Below, in pieces: positions 8,692-18,088 of a stretch of 38,857 nucleotides of DNA. The position numbers and the translations under genes are program-made. Each line of letters starts with the position of its first letter. The stretch's first letter is position 1. This stretch comes from a virus (Duplodnaviria > Heunggongvirae > Uroviricota > Caudoviricetes). Below the pieces are notes generated by a model that saw only the letters and a program-made list of their open reading frames with translations, searched no databases and was not told the DNA's origin. The stretch lies in IMG/VR virus record IMGVR_UViG_2636415906_000002; one strand, given 5' to 3'.

Positions 8692-8925
8692 ATGCGTAAT
8701 ATTGAAACCATCACGACTAAAACCGGACCGGATGATGCAGGGCTTAATATTTTACTGACAGAGGCTCGTCTGGAAGAACGCCGGGCAAGGGCTGAAGCAA
8801 TGGCAGCTCGCCTTGATAGCCTGGCGTGTCATATCACATCCCGCCAACTAAACCACGTCGAAGCGGCAGAACTGCTGCGTGTGACTGCTGAAGCAATCCA
8901 GAACGAAGCGCAGGAGATCCACTGA
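8692..8925 (+). CDS. hypothetical early-operon protein
   Basis: ATG 8692 with RBS CAGGAGA; stop overlaps next start (TGATG). Confidence 0.5.
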   Translation: MRNIETITTKTGPDDAGLNILLTEARLEERRARAEAMAARLDSLACHITSRQLNHVEAAELLRVTAEAIQNEAQEIH

Positions 8926-9152
8926 TGGCTGATGCAATGGATCTCGTACAGCAGCGAGTTGAAGAAGAACGCCAACGTCATATCCGTGCTGCCCGTGCCA
9001 AAACGCCGGGCGTGTCCCGCGTGCTTTGCGTTGAGTGTGAAGCGCCAATTCCGCCAGCACGCCGCCGTGCCATTCCGGGTGTGCAGCTTTGCATTACCTG
9101 TCAGGAAATCGCAGAGCTGAAAGGCAAACATTACAACGGAGGTGCTGTATGA
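8925..9152 (+). CDS. TraR/DksA-family C4 zinc-finger protein
   Basis: 75 aa with CVECEAPIP...CITCQE four-cysteine motif; translationally coupled to dam (ATGA overlap). Confidence 0.65.
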   Translation: MADAMDLVQQRVEEERQRHIRAARAKTPGVSRVLCVECEAPIPPARRRAIPGVQLCITCQEIAELKGKHYNGGAV

Positions 9153-10006
9153 GCACCATCCTGAAATGGGCGGGAAATAAAACCGCCATTATGTCCGAAC
9201 TGAAAAAACACCTTCCTGCTGGCCCGCGACTGGTTGAACCTTTCGCGGGTTCCTGTGCTGTGATGATGGAGACGGATTACCCCAGCTATCTGGTTGCGGA
9301 TATTAATCCTGATTTAATCAACCTCTATAAAAAGGTTGCCTCTGATTGTGAATCGTTTATATCTCGCGCCAGAGTTTTATTTGAGATCGCAAACAGGGAG
9401 GTGGCTTATTACAACATAAGGCAGGAGTTTAATTACTCCACTGAAATTACTGATTTCATGAAAGCGGTATATTTCCTGTATCTCAATCGTCACGGTTACC
9501 GTGGTTTATGTCGCTATAACAAGAGCGGGCATTTCAACATTCCCTACGGTAATTATAAAAATCCGTATTTTCCTGAAAAAGAAATTCGCGCATTTGCAGA
9601 GAAAGCCCAGCGTGCAACGTTTATCTGCGCAAGCTTTGATGAAACGCTGGCGATGCTGCAGGTGGGGGATGTGGTGTATTGCGATCCGCCGTATGACGGT
9701 ACGTTTTCCGGCTATCACACTGATGGTTTCACTGAAGATGACCAGTATCACCTGGCATCCGTTCTTGAACATCGGTCATCAGAAGGACATCCGGTCATTG
9801 TTTCTAACAGTGATACATCCCTGATCCGTTCGCTGTATCGCAATTTTACTCACCACTACATCAAGGCAAAACGCAGCATCGGTGTAGCAGCTGGTGAGAG
9901 TAAATCTGCAACAGAAATCATCGCTGTTTCCGGGCCGCGCTGCTGGGTGGGATTTGATCCTTCGCGTGGCGTGGATAGTTCTGCCGTGTACGGAGTGCGT
10001 GCATGA
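9149..10006 (+). CDS. dam: DNA adenine methyltransferase (Dam / D12 class)
   Basis: [15 protein letters not shown] and DPPY motifs; RBS GGAGG; start at 9149 inside ORF 9089..10006. Confidence 0.85.
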   Translation: MSTILKWAGNKTAIMSELKKHLPAGPRLVEPFAGSCAVMMETDYPSYLVADINPDLINLYKKVASDCESFISRARVLFEIANREVAYYNIRQEFNYSTEITDFMKAVYFLYLNRHGYRGLCRYNKSGHFNIPYGNYKNPYFPEKEIRAFAEKAQRATFICASFDETLAMLQVGDVVYCDPPYDGTFSGYHTDGFTEDDQYHLASVLEHRSSEGHPVIVSNSDTSLIRSLYRNFTHHYIKAKRSIGVAAGESKSATEIIAVSGPRCWVGFDPSRGVDSSAVYGVRA

Positions 10007-12417
10007 GCCATGCTGATATGAACAACTGCAGCGGCTTTAACAAGGTCGCCGCAGCATTCTCATGGAACAGCCCGAAAAAGGCCATTAACCCTTATCTGGA
10101 CCCGGCGGAAGTTGCGCCGGTTTCTGCGCTTTCAAACCTGATCACTCTGTACGCTACCGATAACGAGCAGGAACAACTGCGCCGCGAGGCACTGAGTGAT
10201 CAGGTCTGGGAGCGTTATTTCTTTAATGAATCCCGTGATCCTGTCCAACGCGAAATGGAGCAGGATAAGCTCATTAGCCGGGCAAAGATGGCGCATGAGC
10301 AGCAGCGTTTTAATCCAGACATGGTCATTCTGGCTGACGTCAACGCCCAGCCTTCCCATATCAGCAAGCCGCTGATGCAACGTATTGAATATTTCAGCAG
10401 CCTGGGCAGGCCAAAGGCTTATTCCCGCTATTTGCGTGAGACGATTAAGCCATGTCTGGAACGACTGGAGCATGTACGCGACAGCCAGCTATCTGCATCT
10501 TTTCGTTTTATGGCAAGCCATGAAGGGCTGGACGGTCTGCTGATCCTGCCTGAAATGAGTCAGGATCAGGTGAAACGCCTGTCTACCCTTGTCGCTGCGC
10601 ATATGAGCATGTGTCTTGATGCCGCTTGTGGTGATTTGTACGCCTCCGATGATGTTAAGCCAGAAGAAATCCGCAAGACATGGGAAAAGGTGGCTGCAGA
10701 AACCCTGCGACTGGATGTCATACCGCCTGCGTTTGAGCAACTCCGCCGGAAAAGAAACCGCCGCAAACCTGTGCCTTATGAACTCATTCCGGGTTCGCTG
10801 GCGCGTATGCTGTGCGCCGACTGGTGGTATCGGAAATTATGGAAGATGCGTTGCGAATGGCGGGAAGAGCAGTTGCGTGCTGTCTGCCTGGTCAGCAAAA
10901 AAGCATCTCCCTATGTCAGCTATGAAGCCGTGATGCATAAACGTGAGCAGCGCCGTAAGTCGCTGGAGTTTTTCCGTTCTCATGAACTGGTGAACGAAGA
11001 CGGCGACACGCTGAACATGGAGGATGTGGTAAACGCCAGCAGCAGCAACCCGGCGCATCGCCGCAACGAGATGATGGCCTGTGTTAAAGGCCTGGAGCTT
11101 ATCGCGGAAATGCGTGGTGACTGCGCCGTTTTCTACACCATCACCTGTCCGTCACGTTTCCATTCCACGCTAAATAACGGCAGGCCAAACCCGACCTGGA
11201 CAAACGCGACGGTAAGACAAAGCAGCGATTATCTGGTCGGCATGTTTGCTGCATTTCGTAAGGCTATGCACAAAGCCGGGTTGCGCTGGTATGGCGTGCG
11301 GGTGGCTGAGCCGCATCATGACGGCACAGTTCACTGGCACCTGTTGTGTTTCATGCGCAAAAAAGACCGCCGCGCCATTACTGCATTGTTGCGTAAGTTT
11401 GCCATCCGAGAAGACCGCGAGGAGCTGGGCAATAACACGGGGCCACGCTTTAAGTCTGAGCTGATAAACCCGCGCAAAGGAACGCCGACAAGCTACATTG
11501 CGAAATATATCAGTAAGAATATTGACGGGCGTGGTCTGGCTGGCGAGATCAGTAAGGAAACGGGTAAATCCCTGCGTGATAACGCTGAATACGTTAATGC
11601 CTGGGCGTCTCTGCATCGTGTTCAGCAATTCCGCTTCTTTGGCATTCCGGGGCGTCAGGCTTACCGTGAACTGCGATTGCTGGCTGGTCAGGCGGCAAGG
11701 CAACAGGGTGACAAAAAAGCAGGTGCGCCGGTACTGGATAACCCGCGCCTTGATGCCATCCTGGCTGCTGCTGATGCTGGTTGTTTTGCCACCTACATCA
11801 TGAAGCAGGGCGGCGTACTGGTTCCCCGCAAATATCACCTCATCAGAACCGCTTATGAAATCAACGAAGAGCCAACCGCCTATGGCGATCACGGTATTCG
11901 TATTTATGGCATCTGGTCACCCATTGCAGAGGGCAAGATCTGCACTCATGCAGTGAAGTGGAAAATGGTTCGTAAGGCCGTTGACGTTCAGGAGGCGGCA
12001 GCCGACCAGGGCGCTTGCGCCCCTTGGACTCGTGGCAATAACTGTCCCCTTGCTGAAAATTTGAACCAACAGGAGAAAGATAAATCAGCTGATGGGGACC
12101 CCAGAACGGACATTACCAGCATGGATGACAAGGAGTTGCACGATTACCTGCACAGTATGAGCAAAAAAGAGCGCCGGGAACTGGCAGCAAGGTTATGCCT
12201 GGTGAAACCGAAACGGCGTAAAGACTACAAACAGCGAATTACAGACCATCAGCGACTGCAGCTCGTGTATGAGCTGAAGTCCAGAGGATTTGATGGCAGC
12301 GAGAAAGAGGTCGATTTACTCCTTCGCGGAGGCAGTATTCCGTCAGGAGCAGGCCTGCGTATCTTCTATCGGAACCAGCGTTTGCAGGAAGATGATCAGT
12401 GGCGGAACCTGTATTAA
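10003..12417 (+). CDS. A: replication initiation protein A (rolling-circle nickase, P2 gpA family)
   Basis: 804-aa protein in the P2 A position, translationally coupled to dam (ATGA overlap). Confidence 0.9.
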   Translation: MSHADMNNCSGFNKVAAAFSWNSPKKAINPYLDPAEVAPVSALSNLITLYATDNEQEQLRREALSDQVWERYFFNESRDPVQREMEQDKLISRAKMAHEQQRFNPDMVILADVNAQPSHISKPLMQRIEYFSSLGRPKAYSRYLRETIKPCLERLEHVRDSQLSASFRFMASHEGLDGLLILPEMSQDQVKRLSTLVAAHMSMCLDAACGDLYASDDVKPEEIRKTWEKVAAETLRLDVIPPAFEQLRRKRNRRKPVPYELIPGSLARMLCADWWYRKLWKMRCEWREEQLRAVCLVSKKASPYVSYEAVMHKREQRRKSLEFFRSHELVNEDGDTLNMEDVVNASSSNPAHRRNEMMACVKGLELIAEMRGDCAVFYTITCPSRFHSTLNNGRPNPTWTNATVRQSSDYLVGMFAAFRKAMHKAGLRWYGVRVAEPHHDGTVHWHLLCFMRKKDRRAITALLRKFAIREDREELGNNTGPRFKSELINPRKGTPTSYIAKYISKNIDGRGLAGEISKETGKSLRDNAEYVNAWASLHRVQQFRFFGIPGRQAYRELRLLAGQAARQQGDKKAGAPVLDNPRLDAILAAADAGCFATYIMKQGGVLVPRKYHLIRTAYEINEEPTAYGDHGIRIYGIWSPIAEGKICTHAVKWKMVRKAVDVQEAAADQGACAPWTRGNNCPLAENLNQQEKDKSADGDPRTDITSMDDKELHDYLHSMSKKERRELAARLCLVKPKRRKDYKQRITDHQRLQLVYELKSRGFDGSEKEVDLLLRGGSIPSGAGLRIFYRNQRLQEDDQWRNLY

Positions 12418-12510
12418 TTACGCGGGTTAACAATTCGTGCTCTTAATAATACCAGGCATATCAGGCTGATGAACGTAAAAAAATCGTTTTACATCAGTAA
12501 GATTATTATA

Positions 12511-12530
12511 TACTGTAAATATAAACAGTG
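12511..12530. promoter_or_regulatory. LexA operator (SOS box) TACTGTAAATATAAACAGTG overlapping a candidate promoter (-35 TTTACA 12488..12493)
   Basis: perfect CTGT-N8-ACAG with AT-rich spacer, about 40 nt upstream of the ATG at 12572. Confidence 0.65.
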
Positions 12531-12571
12531 GTTATGCATACAGCATTGCGTGTGGTGTCATAGGAGGAAAG

Positions 12572-12760
12572 ATGCAGGACTATTTTTTGGAGTCTTTGAA
12601 GCTCCAGCGCATTGATTTTTTTCTTAAGCTTGTAGCGGCTAGTGAGTGTAGTGATGAAGAGAAGGGGCTGGCTCTGCAGTGGGTTTCTGAATTGACTGAT
12701 GAACTCATGGCAAAAATCAGAACCCACGAATACAACCGCTCAATGGATGTCATCAGCTGA
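12572..12760 (+). CDS. Tum-like antirepressor N-terminal segment (62 aa)
   Basis: RBS AGGAGGA; first gene downstream of the LexA box; overlaps the upstream extension of the DinI-like ORF in the +1 frame. Confidence 0.45.
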   Translation: MQDYFLESLKLQRIDFFLKLVAASECSDEEKGLALQWVSELTDELMAKIRTHEYNRSMDVIS

Positions 12761-12770
12761 GGTGACTTTT

Positions 12771-13004
12771 ATGCGCATTGAAATAATGATCGATAAAGAG
12801 CAGAAGATTAGCCAGTCTACCCTGGACGCCCTTGAATCCGAGCTTTACCGCAATCTGCGCCCCCTGTATCCCAAAACGGTAATTCGCATTCGCAAAGGTA
12901 GCTCTAACGGTGTGGAACTAACCGGACTGCAACTGGACGAAGAAAGAAAACAAGTGATGAAAATTATGCAGAAGGTGTGGGAAGACGACAGCTGGCTGCA
13001 TTAA
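12771..13004 (+). CDS. DinI-like protein (equivalent to the C-terminal half of a 186 Tum-type antirepressor)
   Basis: MRIEIMIDKEQKISQSTLDALESELYRNLRPLYPKTVIRIRKGSSNGVELTGLQLDEERKQVMKIMQKVWEDDSWLH resembles DinI; ATG 12771. Confidence 0.7.
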   Translation: MRIEIMIDKEQKISQSTLDALESELYRNLRPLYPKTVIRIRKGSSNGVELTGLQLDEERKQVMKIMQKVWEDDSWLH

Positions 13005-13138
13005 GAAACGTTGCTGGCGTCTGAACTTGCTTCTGGCGTCAGCAAGGTTGAACAACGAGCCCTTGCGAGGCGTTAGCTCTGTAGTGCATGTCTATGCCGC
13101 ATGAGATCGCATGATCGTTTGAGGATCGTTTTTGCTAA

Positions 13139-13164
13139 GGCCCGCCAGAACTGGCGGGCTTTTG
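13139..13164 (+). terminator. intrinsic terminator after the Tum-like module
   Basis: GCCCGCCAG-AA-CTGGCGGGC followed by TTTTG. Confidence 0.5.
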
Positions 13165-13208
13165 CGTAGATCATGCAGGTGCATGAAAACCACTACATAA
13201 AGCGGGCA

Positions 13209-13227
13209 GGCGTGGCGGGGATACGAG
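13209..13227. other. cos-like cohesive-end site GGCGTGGCGGGGATACGAG
   Basis: matches from memory the first 13 nt of the 186-type cos (GGCGTGGCGGGGA...), at the expected position before the portal-terminase block. Confidence 0.4.
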
Positions 13228-13321
13228 CGCGCGCTGAGATATGAATTAGTAATAGTTGTTTTAATCTATCTTGTTAAGTAAATTAACGATCAACCCATGG
13301 TCATGTCTAGGGAATGATGAT

Positions 13322-15103
13322 ATGAATTTTGATGCAACTCCTTTAAATATTAAAAATATACTTTCTGTTAAACAGCGTTATGTGATTCCACGGAATCAAC
13401 GAGAATTTAGTTGGGAAAAGTTACAACTTGATGAATTGTGGCAAGACATAATAAGAAATATAAAATTAAATCCCAAAGGGGATGACTTTGAATTCAATGA
13501 GTACTTTATTGGTACAATTGTATTGTCTGGTGCTGACAGTGATAATGTTTTGGAGATTGTTGATGGTCAGCAGCGTTTCAGTGTTATTACAATTCTACTT
13601 TCTTTAATTTCTAGGTTTTTAAGAAAAAATGGGAAGGCCGAATTTGCTGATGATATTTTTAAAACATATATCGTAACCGCAAATCAGACGTTCAATAGAA
13701 ATTCTGTCAGTTCTAATGGCGACTCAGTAGTTGAGAAGCTTTCTAAAAATAGTGACAGGGCTTTTTTTAAACTAAAATTCCAAGATAGAGTTGAGCATAA
13801 AGCTGATGTGACTTGCGATGAAGATAAAAAGATTCAATATGCTGGGTTGTATTTAAGTAGAAAGCTAGGAAAGAAAGCATTATGTTCTTCTTTGTTGCGT
13901 GACGGTGCAGTAAAGTATAAAAAGGAAGATTACCTTTTTTGCTTGAATGCCGTTTACAATATGGTTACTAATTATCTTAAATTAGTAAGGATATCAGTAG
14001 GCAAGGAAGATGACGCGTATGATATTTTCGAGGTTTTGAATGCAAGGGGAATAAACTTAAGCTCCCTTGATCTGATTAAAAATAAAGTTTTCCAGAGTTG
14101 TATTGAAACATATCCAATAGATAAAGCCAAAGAGAAATGGGATTATATTACTAATTGCATCGAAGCTAGAGATAGTAACGCTACAATGGTTGATTATGTC
14201 AGGTGTTGGTGGCTTTCTAAGTTTAATTATATAGGTGAAGATCAACTATACCGTGCCTTTAAAAGAGAGATAAATGATGGTGTTTATGGATTAACTGCAA
14301 TTTCATTTTTGGATGAGTTGCATAAAGATGTTGATTTATATTGTAAGATAATTTCTCCAGATATTGATGATTGGCCTCAACAGGATCAGCGAGATATTTA
14401 CAATTCACTTAAAGCATTTGAAATATTCAATGTTTCAATCCCTCGCCCATTCATTTTGTCATTATTAAGAAAAAGAAGAGATAAATCTAGAAGTCTTTCG
14501 CAAAAAAGTTTAATAGAGTGTCTAATGTGTTTAGAGAGATTCCACTTTAGATTTAATGCTATTTGCCGATTAAGACCCTCTGGCATAGACGCCAAGTATT
14601 CAGTATTAGCAGTAAGCCTTGATAAAGCTACTAATAAACGTAGTATCGAATCAACCATTAGTGAAGCAATAGCATACTTTTCTGCGAAAAGTCCAAATGA
14701 AAAAGTATTCAATGAGGCATTTGTTAAAAATTTATTTTATACAAATAAAAAAGCCTCCCAGCGTAAGCTCATAATGTATATTTTTGAACGTTTTGAAAAG
14801 AAATTGCGAGGAACTAATGAGTTAAAATTAGACTTAGTTTCACTCGAGCATATTGGTGCACAAAGTAGTTTTGACTCAGAGGTTGTTGGATTAATGGGGA
14901 ATCTTCTTCCTCTTTGCTTTACTTTGAATGAATCATGTAAAAATGATAGCTTAAGTAAAAAAATAAACGAGTATAAGAAGTCAAACCTTAAGGTGGTTAA
15001 TGAGTTTATTGATGAGTATTCATCTAACGATGAGGAATGGAATGCCCAAAAAGTTCAGATTAGAACATTATCTATGTCAGCGAAGGCCTATAATATAATC
15101 TAA
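13322..15103 (+). CDS. DUF262/DUF1524 two-domain nuclease, GmrSD/BrxU-like type IV restriction-type defence protein
   Basis: 593 aa from ATG 13322; N-terminal DGQQR motif (13562..13576) typical of DUF262 ParB-like NTPase domain; C-terminal LEHIGAQ ... GNLLPL ... NESCKN His-Me finger-like motif (E509/H510 at 14846..14851); AT-rich; own terminators on both sides. Confidence 0.7.
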   Translation: MNFDATPLNIKNILSVKQRYVIPRNQREFSWEKLQLDELWQDIIRNIKLNPKGDDFEFNEYFIGTIVLSGADSDNVLEIVDGQQRFSVITILLSLISRFLRKNGKAEFADDIFKTYIVTANQTFNRNSVSSNGDSVVEKLSKNSDRAFFKLKFQDRVEHKADVTCDEDKKIQYAGLYLSRKLGKKALCSSLLRDGAVKYKKEDYLFCLNAVYNMVTNYLKLVRISVGKEDDAYDIFEVLNARGINLSSLDLIKNKVFQSCIETYPIDKAKEKWDYITNCIEARDSNATMVDYVRCWWLSKFNYIGEDQLYRAFKREINDGVYGLTAISFLDELHKDVDLYCKIISPDIDDWPQQDQRDIYNSLKAFEIFNVSIPRPFILSLLRKRRDKSRSLSQKSLIECLMCLERFHFRFNAICRLRPSGIDAKYSVLAVSLDKATNKRSIESTISEAIAYFSAKSPNEKVFNEAFVKNLFYTNKKASQRKLIMYIFERFEKKLRGTNELKLDLVSLEHIGAQSSFDSEVVGLMGNLLPLCFTLNESCKNDSLSKKINEYKKSNLKVVNEFIDEYSSNDEEWNAQKVQIRTLSMSAKAYNII

Positions 15104-15111
15104 TATATATT

Positions 15112-15138
15112 GGGCGCTTATGTTAAGCGCCTTGTTTC
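15112..15138. terminator. bidirectional intrinsic terminator between the convergent cargo gene and portal gene
   Basis: GGCGCTTA-TGT-TAAGCGCC hairpin followed by TTGTTTC. Confidence 0.5.
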
Positions 15139-15148
15139 ATAATCATTT

Positions 15149-16183
15149 TTAACAGTTTAAGGCATAAGTTTTAAAGTTAACTACTTTCTCACCAAGCCAG
15201 TGATTTAGTTCCTTTAGTCGTTTCTGCAATGGTATTAACTCATTACGAACAAAAACGAGACTGGCCTTCTCCACATCCCCAAACCCCCCAACATTATTCG
15301 GCAAAATTCCCATCATCTGCGGCGGTACGCGGTGTGCAGCCATCATGTCGTCCCGGCTCACGTTCTTGATGTTCAGAAATTCATCTTTCGCTGCGACTTC
15401 TGACAACGGGATGATCTGAAGCCCGTCCTTTTTGCCGTTAGGCGAGTACATAAACAGGTTGCGGAAGTTGCCAGGGCCTTTGGCGCTTTTCATCGCGTTG
15501 CGGAGGTTGTTCACATCTTCCTGGTTCTGCGCGGCGTCGGTCATATACATGATGAAGCCTGCATGACTGCCGTTAATGTAATACTTGCGGCGGAACAGCG
15601 TGGCAGACTCGTTGAGCAGGGCGGATGGAATAGCAGAAAGATAACCGGGCAGGCCGTAGATCTCCTGGTTGATGTCCGGTTCCATCAGATGAAAGATGCT
15701 GCCTTTCGTGAACTGATATGGCTGCGTGGTCATACCGTATTGCACAAACCAGTAGGTATCCAGGTCTAACCCGCGTCGGGTGTATTTTGCCAGGGCAGGT
15801 TCAAGGGCGATAACTTCACCGAAGCGGTTCGTGCGTTTCTCCAGGTAGGCGTTACCAAATACCAGATAGTCCTGCACAAAACGCGAAAAAGCCTGCTGGC
15901 TGAGCAGCGGATGAGGGATGTAGGTGCTGGTCAGAATGTTGCACTTTACTGCAATCGGGGAACTATGATGAACGGCAGCGCGGAAGGTGCGCGCCAGTCC
16001 GTCAAAGCTGACGGGCGGCTCATACCAGCGGTCCATCTGTACGCATTCCACATAATCCAGCAGTTCTCGGCGGTCCAGAACAGGAACGGGATCGCCGAAG
16101 CTGAATGCTTCGGCTGTAGTTTGACTTTTAAGCTGGATCTGTTTCGTCGCCGCAGCGCGGTTCTTCTTACTCTTTCCCATCAA
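15149..16183 (-). CDS. Q: portal protein
   Basis: 344 aa; P2 gpQ position and size, overlaps terminase stop. Confidence 0.9.
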   Translation of the reverse strand: MMGKSKKNRAAATKQIQLKSQTTAEAFSFGDPVPVLDRRELLDYVECVQMDRWYEPPVSFDGLARTFRAAVHHSSPIAVKCNILTSTYIPHPLLSQQAFSRFVQDYLVFGNAYLEKRTNRFGEVIALEPALAKYTRRGLDLDTYWFVQYGMTTQPYQFTKGSIFHLMEPDINQEIYGLPGYLSAIPSALLNESATLFRRKYYINGSHAGFIMYMTDAAQNQEDVNNLRNAMKSAKGPGNFRNLFMYSPNGKKDGLQIIPLSEVAAKDEFLNIKNVSRDDMMAAHRVPPQMMGILPNNVGGFGDVEKASLVFVRNELIPLQKRLKELNHWLGEKVVNFKTYALNC

Positions 16184-17946
16184 AAAATCTCCACAATATT
16201 GCTGGTATTGGCGGATTCGCCCTGCAGCGGTTCGTTAAACAGTGCGTGCATCGTTGCCCAGGCCAGATCGGCGTGGCTGGCTTCTTCGCTGCGGCTGGCT
16301 TCATAGGTCGGGCGGTTGCCACTGGCGGTGGTGGCGCGACGGATTGCCATAAAGGACTGCGCTATGTCGGTGTGTCCGGCGTCAAACTCCAGACGGCGGT
16401 GGCTGATAATGTCGTAGGCCTTGAGTACCAGGGCGTTTTTAACGTTGGGGTTGTAGACAAACTCCCGGACGGCAGGAAAAAACGCTTTCACGTTCTCGTA
16501 AACCCCGTGACCAACGCCGGTTGAGTCGATACCGATATAGGTCACGTTGTACTGTTCGGTCAGTTTTTTGATGGCGTCAGCCTGGGCGCGGAAGTCCATT
16601 CCGCGCCACTGGTGACGCTCAAGAATGCGGAACTTACCGCCCGGCACGGCTGGCGGCGCCACCACCACGCATCCGGCGCTGTCGCCGTTCTGCGTACCTT
16701 TCGCCGGGTCATATCCGATCCACACTTCGCGCCAGCCAAACGGGCGCAGCGCCAGTGCATGAAAGTCGGTCCAGACTTCCCAACTGTCCACCATGCACGC
16801 CTGCAGCTCGCTGAGCGGGAACACGGACGCGAGATCGTCCACAAACTCGCACATCAGCAGGTTCTGGTATTCGTCCGGGCTGTACTCCATGCGCAACTGG
16901 TCAAGGTCGAACAGGTTACAGCCGCCGCGCACCGCATCTTCCACGGTGACTATCTGGCGGTATTGCCCGTCTGCGCACAGCAGGCCGGGGGCCAGATTGC
17001 TGTGGGACAGGTCGATGTCCACCTTGTCGGCCTTGTTGCGCCCACGGTTGAACAGCGCACCGGACCAGAACGGATAAGCACTGTGGGTCAGGCTGGATGG
17101 CGTGGAAAAATAGGTTTGTCGCCATTTTTTGTGAATAGCCATACCGGAAGCCACTTTGCGCAGCTCCTGGAATTTCGGTATCCAGAAATATTCATCCAGA
17201 TACAGGTTGCCGTGGTAACTCTGGGCAGTGCGGGCATTGGTGCCGAGGAAATACAGTGTGGCCCCGTTGGGAAGCACCATCGGATCGCCTTTCAGCTCCA
17301 CCTCCACTTCTTTGGCAAAGTCGATGATGTACTGTTTGAAGACGTGGGCCTGTGCCTTGCTGGCGGAAAGAAAAATCTGGTTACGTCCGGTAAGCAGAGC
17401 GTCAATCAGGGCTTCACGGGCAAAGTAAAAGGTCGCGCCGATCTGGCGTGACTTCAGCAGATTGCGGATGCGGTTGGTTTTTCCGGCTTCCCACCAGTGG
17501 CGCTGGTAGTTGAACATGGAGGAATGGAAGATTTCTTCCAGCTTCTCAATCTGTTCATCGGTGAAGACATTCTTTTCCGGCTGACGGCGCGGGCCTTTGT
17601 TGCGGTTGGCGACGTTAGGGTTTAAGTCGGCTTCGTTGCCGCCATTGTTAAACTTGCCGATCCGCGCGTGGCGTTCCGACTGGCGCGCCAGCAGGTCAAT
17701 CTCTTTGAAATCTTTCCCTTCTTTGTGCTCCTTCATAATGAGCTGGCAGTAGCGTGCGGCGGTGGTGAGCTGCATCTGATCCAGCGGCCCATAGTCACCC
17801 CACTTGTCGCGTTTTTTCCAGCTGTGAACGGTTGCAACTTTCTCGCCCAGCATTTCAGCAATGCGGGCTACGCGGTATCCCTGAAAGTACAGCAGCATGG
17901 CCTGCCGACGGGGATCGAGATCTGCGGGTGTCAGTGTGGTGTTCAT
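16180..17946 (-). CDS. P: terminase large (ATPase) subunit
   Basis: 588 aa; P2 gpP position, divergent from O. Confidence 0.9.
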   Translation of the reverse strand: MNTTLTPADLDPRRQAMLLYFQGYRVARIAEMLGEKVATVHSWKKRDKWGDYGPLDQMQLTTAARYCQLIMKEHKEGKDFKEIDLLARQSERHARIGKFNNGGNEADLNPNVANRNKGPRRQPEKNVFTDEQIEKLEEIFHSSMFNYQRHWWEAGKTNRIRNLLKSRQIGATFYFAREALIDALLTGRNQIFLSASKAQAHVFKQYIIDFAKEVEVELKGDPMVLPNGATLYFLGTNARTAQSYHGNLYLDEYFWIPKFQELRKVASGMAIHKKWRQTYFSTPSSLTHSAYPFWSGALFNRGRNKADKVDIDLSHSNLAPGLLCADGQYRQIVTVEDAVRGGCNLFDLDQLRMEYSPDEYQNLLMCEFVDDLASVFPLSELQACMVDSWEVWTDFHALALRPFGWREVWIGYDPAKGTQNGDSAGCVVVAPPAVPGGKFRILERHQWRGMDFRAQADAIKKLTEQYNVTYIGIDSTGVGHGVYENVKAFFPAVREFVYNPNVKNALVLKAYDIISHRRLEFDAGHTDIAQSFMAIRRATTASGNRPTYEASRSEEASHADLAWATMHALFNEPLQGESANTSNIVEIF

Positions 17947-17992
17947 GGCACAAACCTACAGCCTTGAATGAAGGCTTTCCCCGCCTGCGGTT

Positions 17993-18010
17993 TGTGTGGT
18001 TGTCGGTACA
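17993..18010. promoter_or_regulatory. Ogr/B-type late-promoter activator site TGT-N12-ACA (P/O divergent region)
   Basis: TGTGTGGTTGTCGGTACA in the 142-bp P-O intergenic region. Confidence 0.5.
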
Positions 18011-18088
18011 AATACCGCGCATTGTTTCACTGCCCCCATCACCGCAACCATAAGGCTCCAGTAAGTTTTTTCTAACGGAGCACGGCTC

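Noticed and set aside
11170-11892. 240-aa minus-strand ORF
   Set aside because: Antisense within replication gene A, which is continuous and translationally coupled to its neighbours.
13322-15103. Alternative reading of the DGQQR protein as a plasmid-type ParB partition protein
   Set aside because: No ParA partner or centromere-like repeats nearby, and the C-terminus carries an EH...N His-Me finger-like motif typical of DUF1524, favouring a GmrSD-type nuclease.
16612-17451. 279-aa plus-strand ORF
   Set aside because: Antisense within terminase large-subunit gene; no RBS or motif support.
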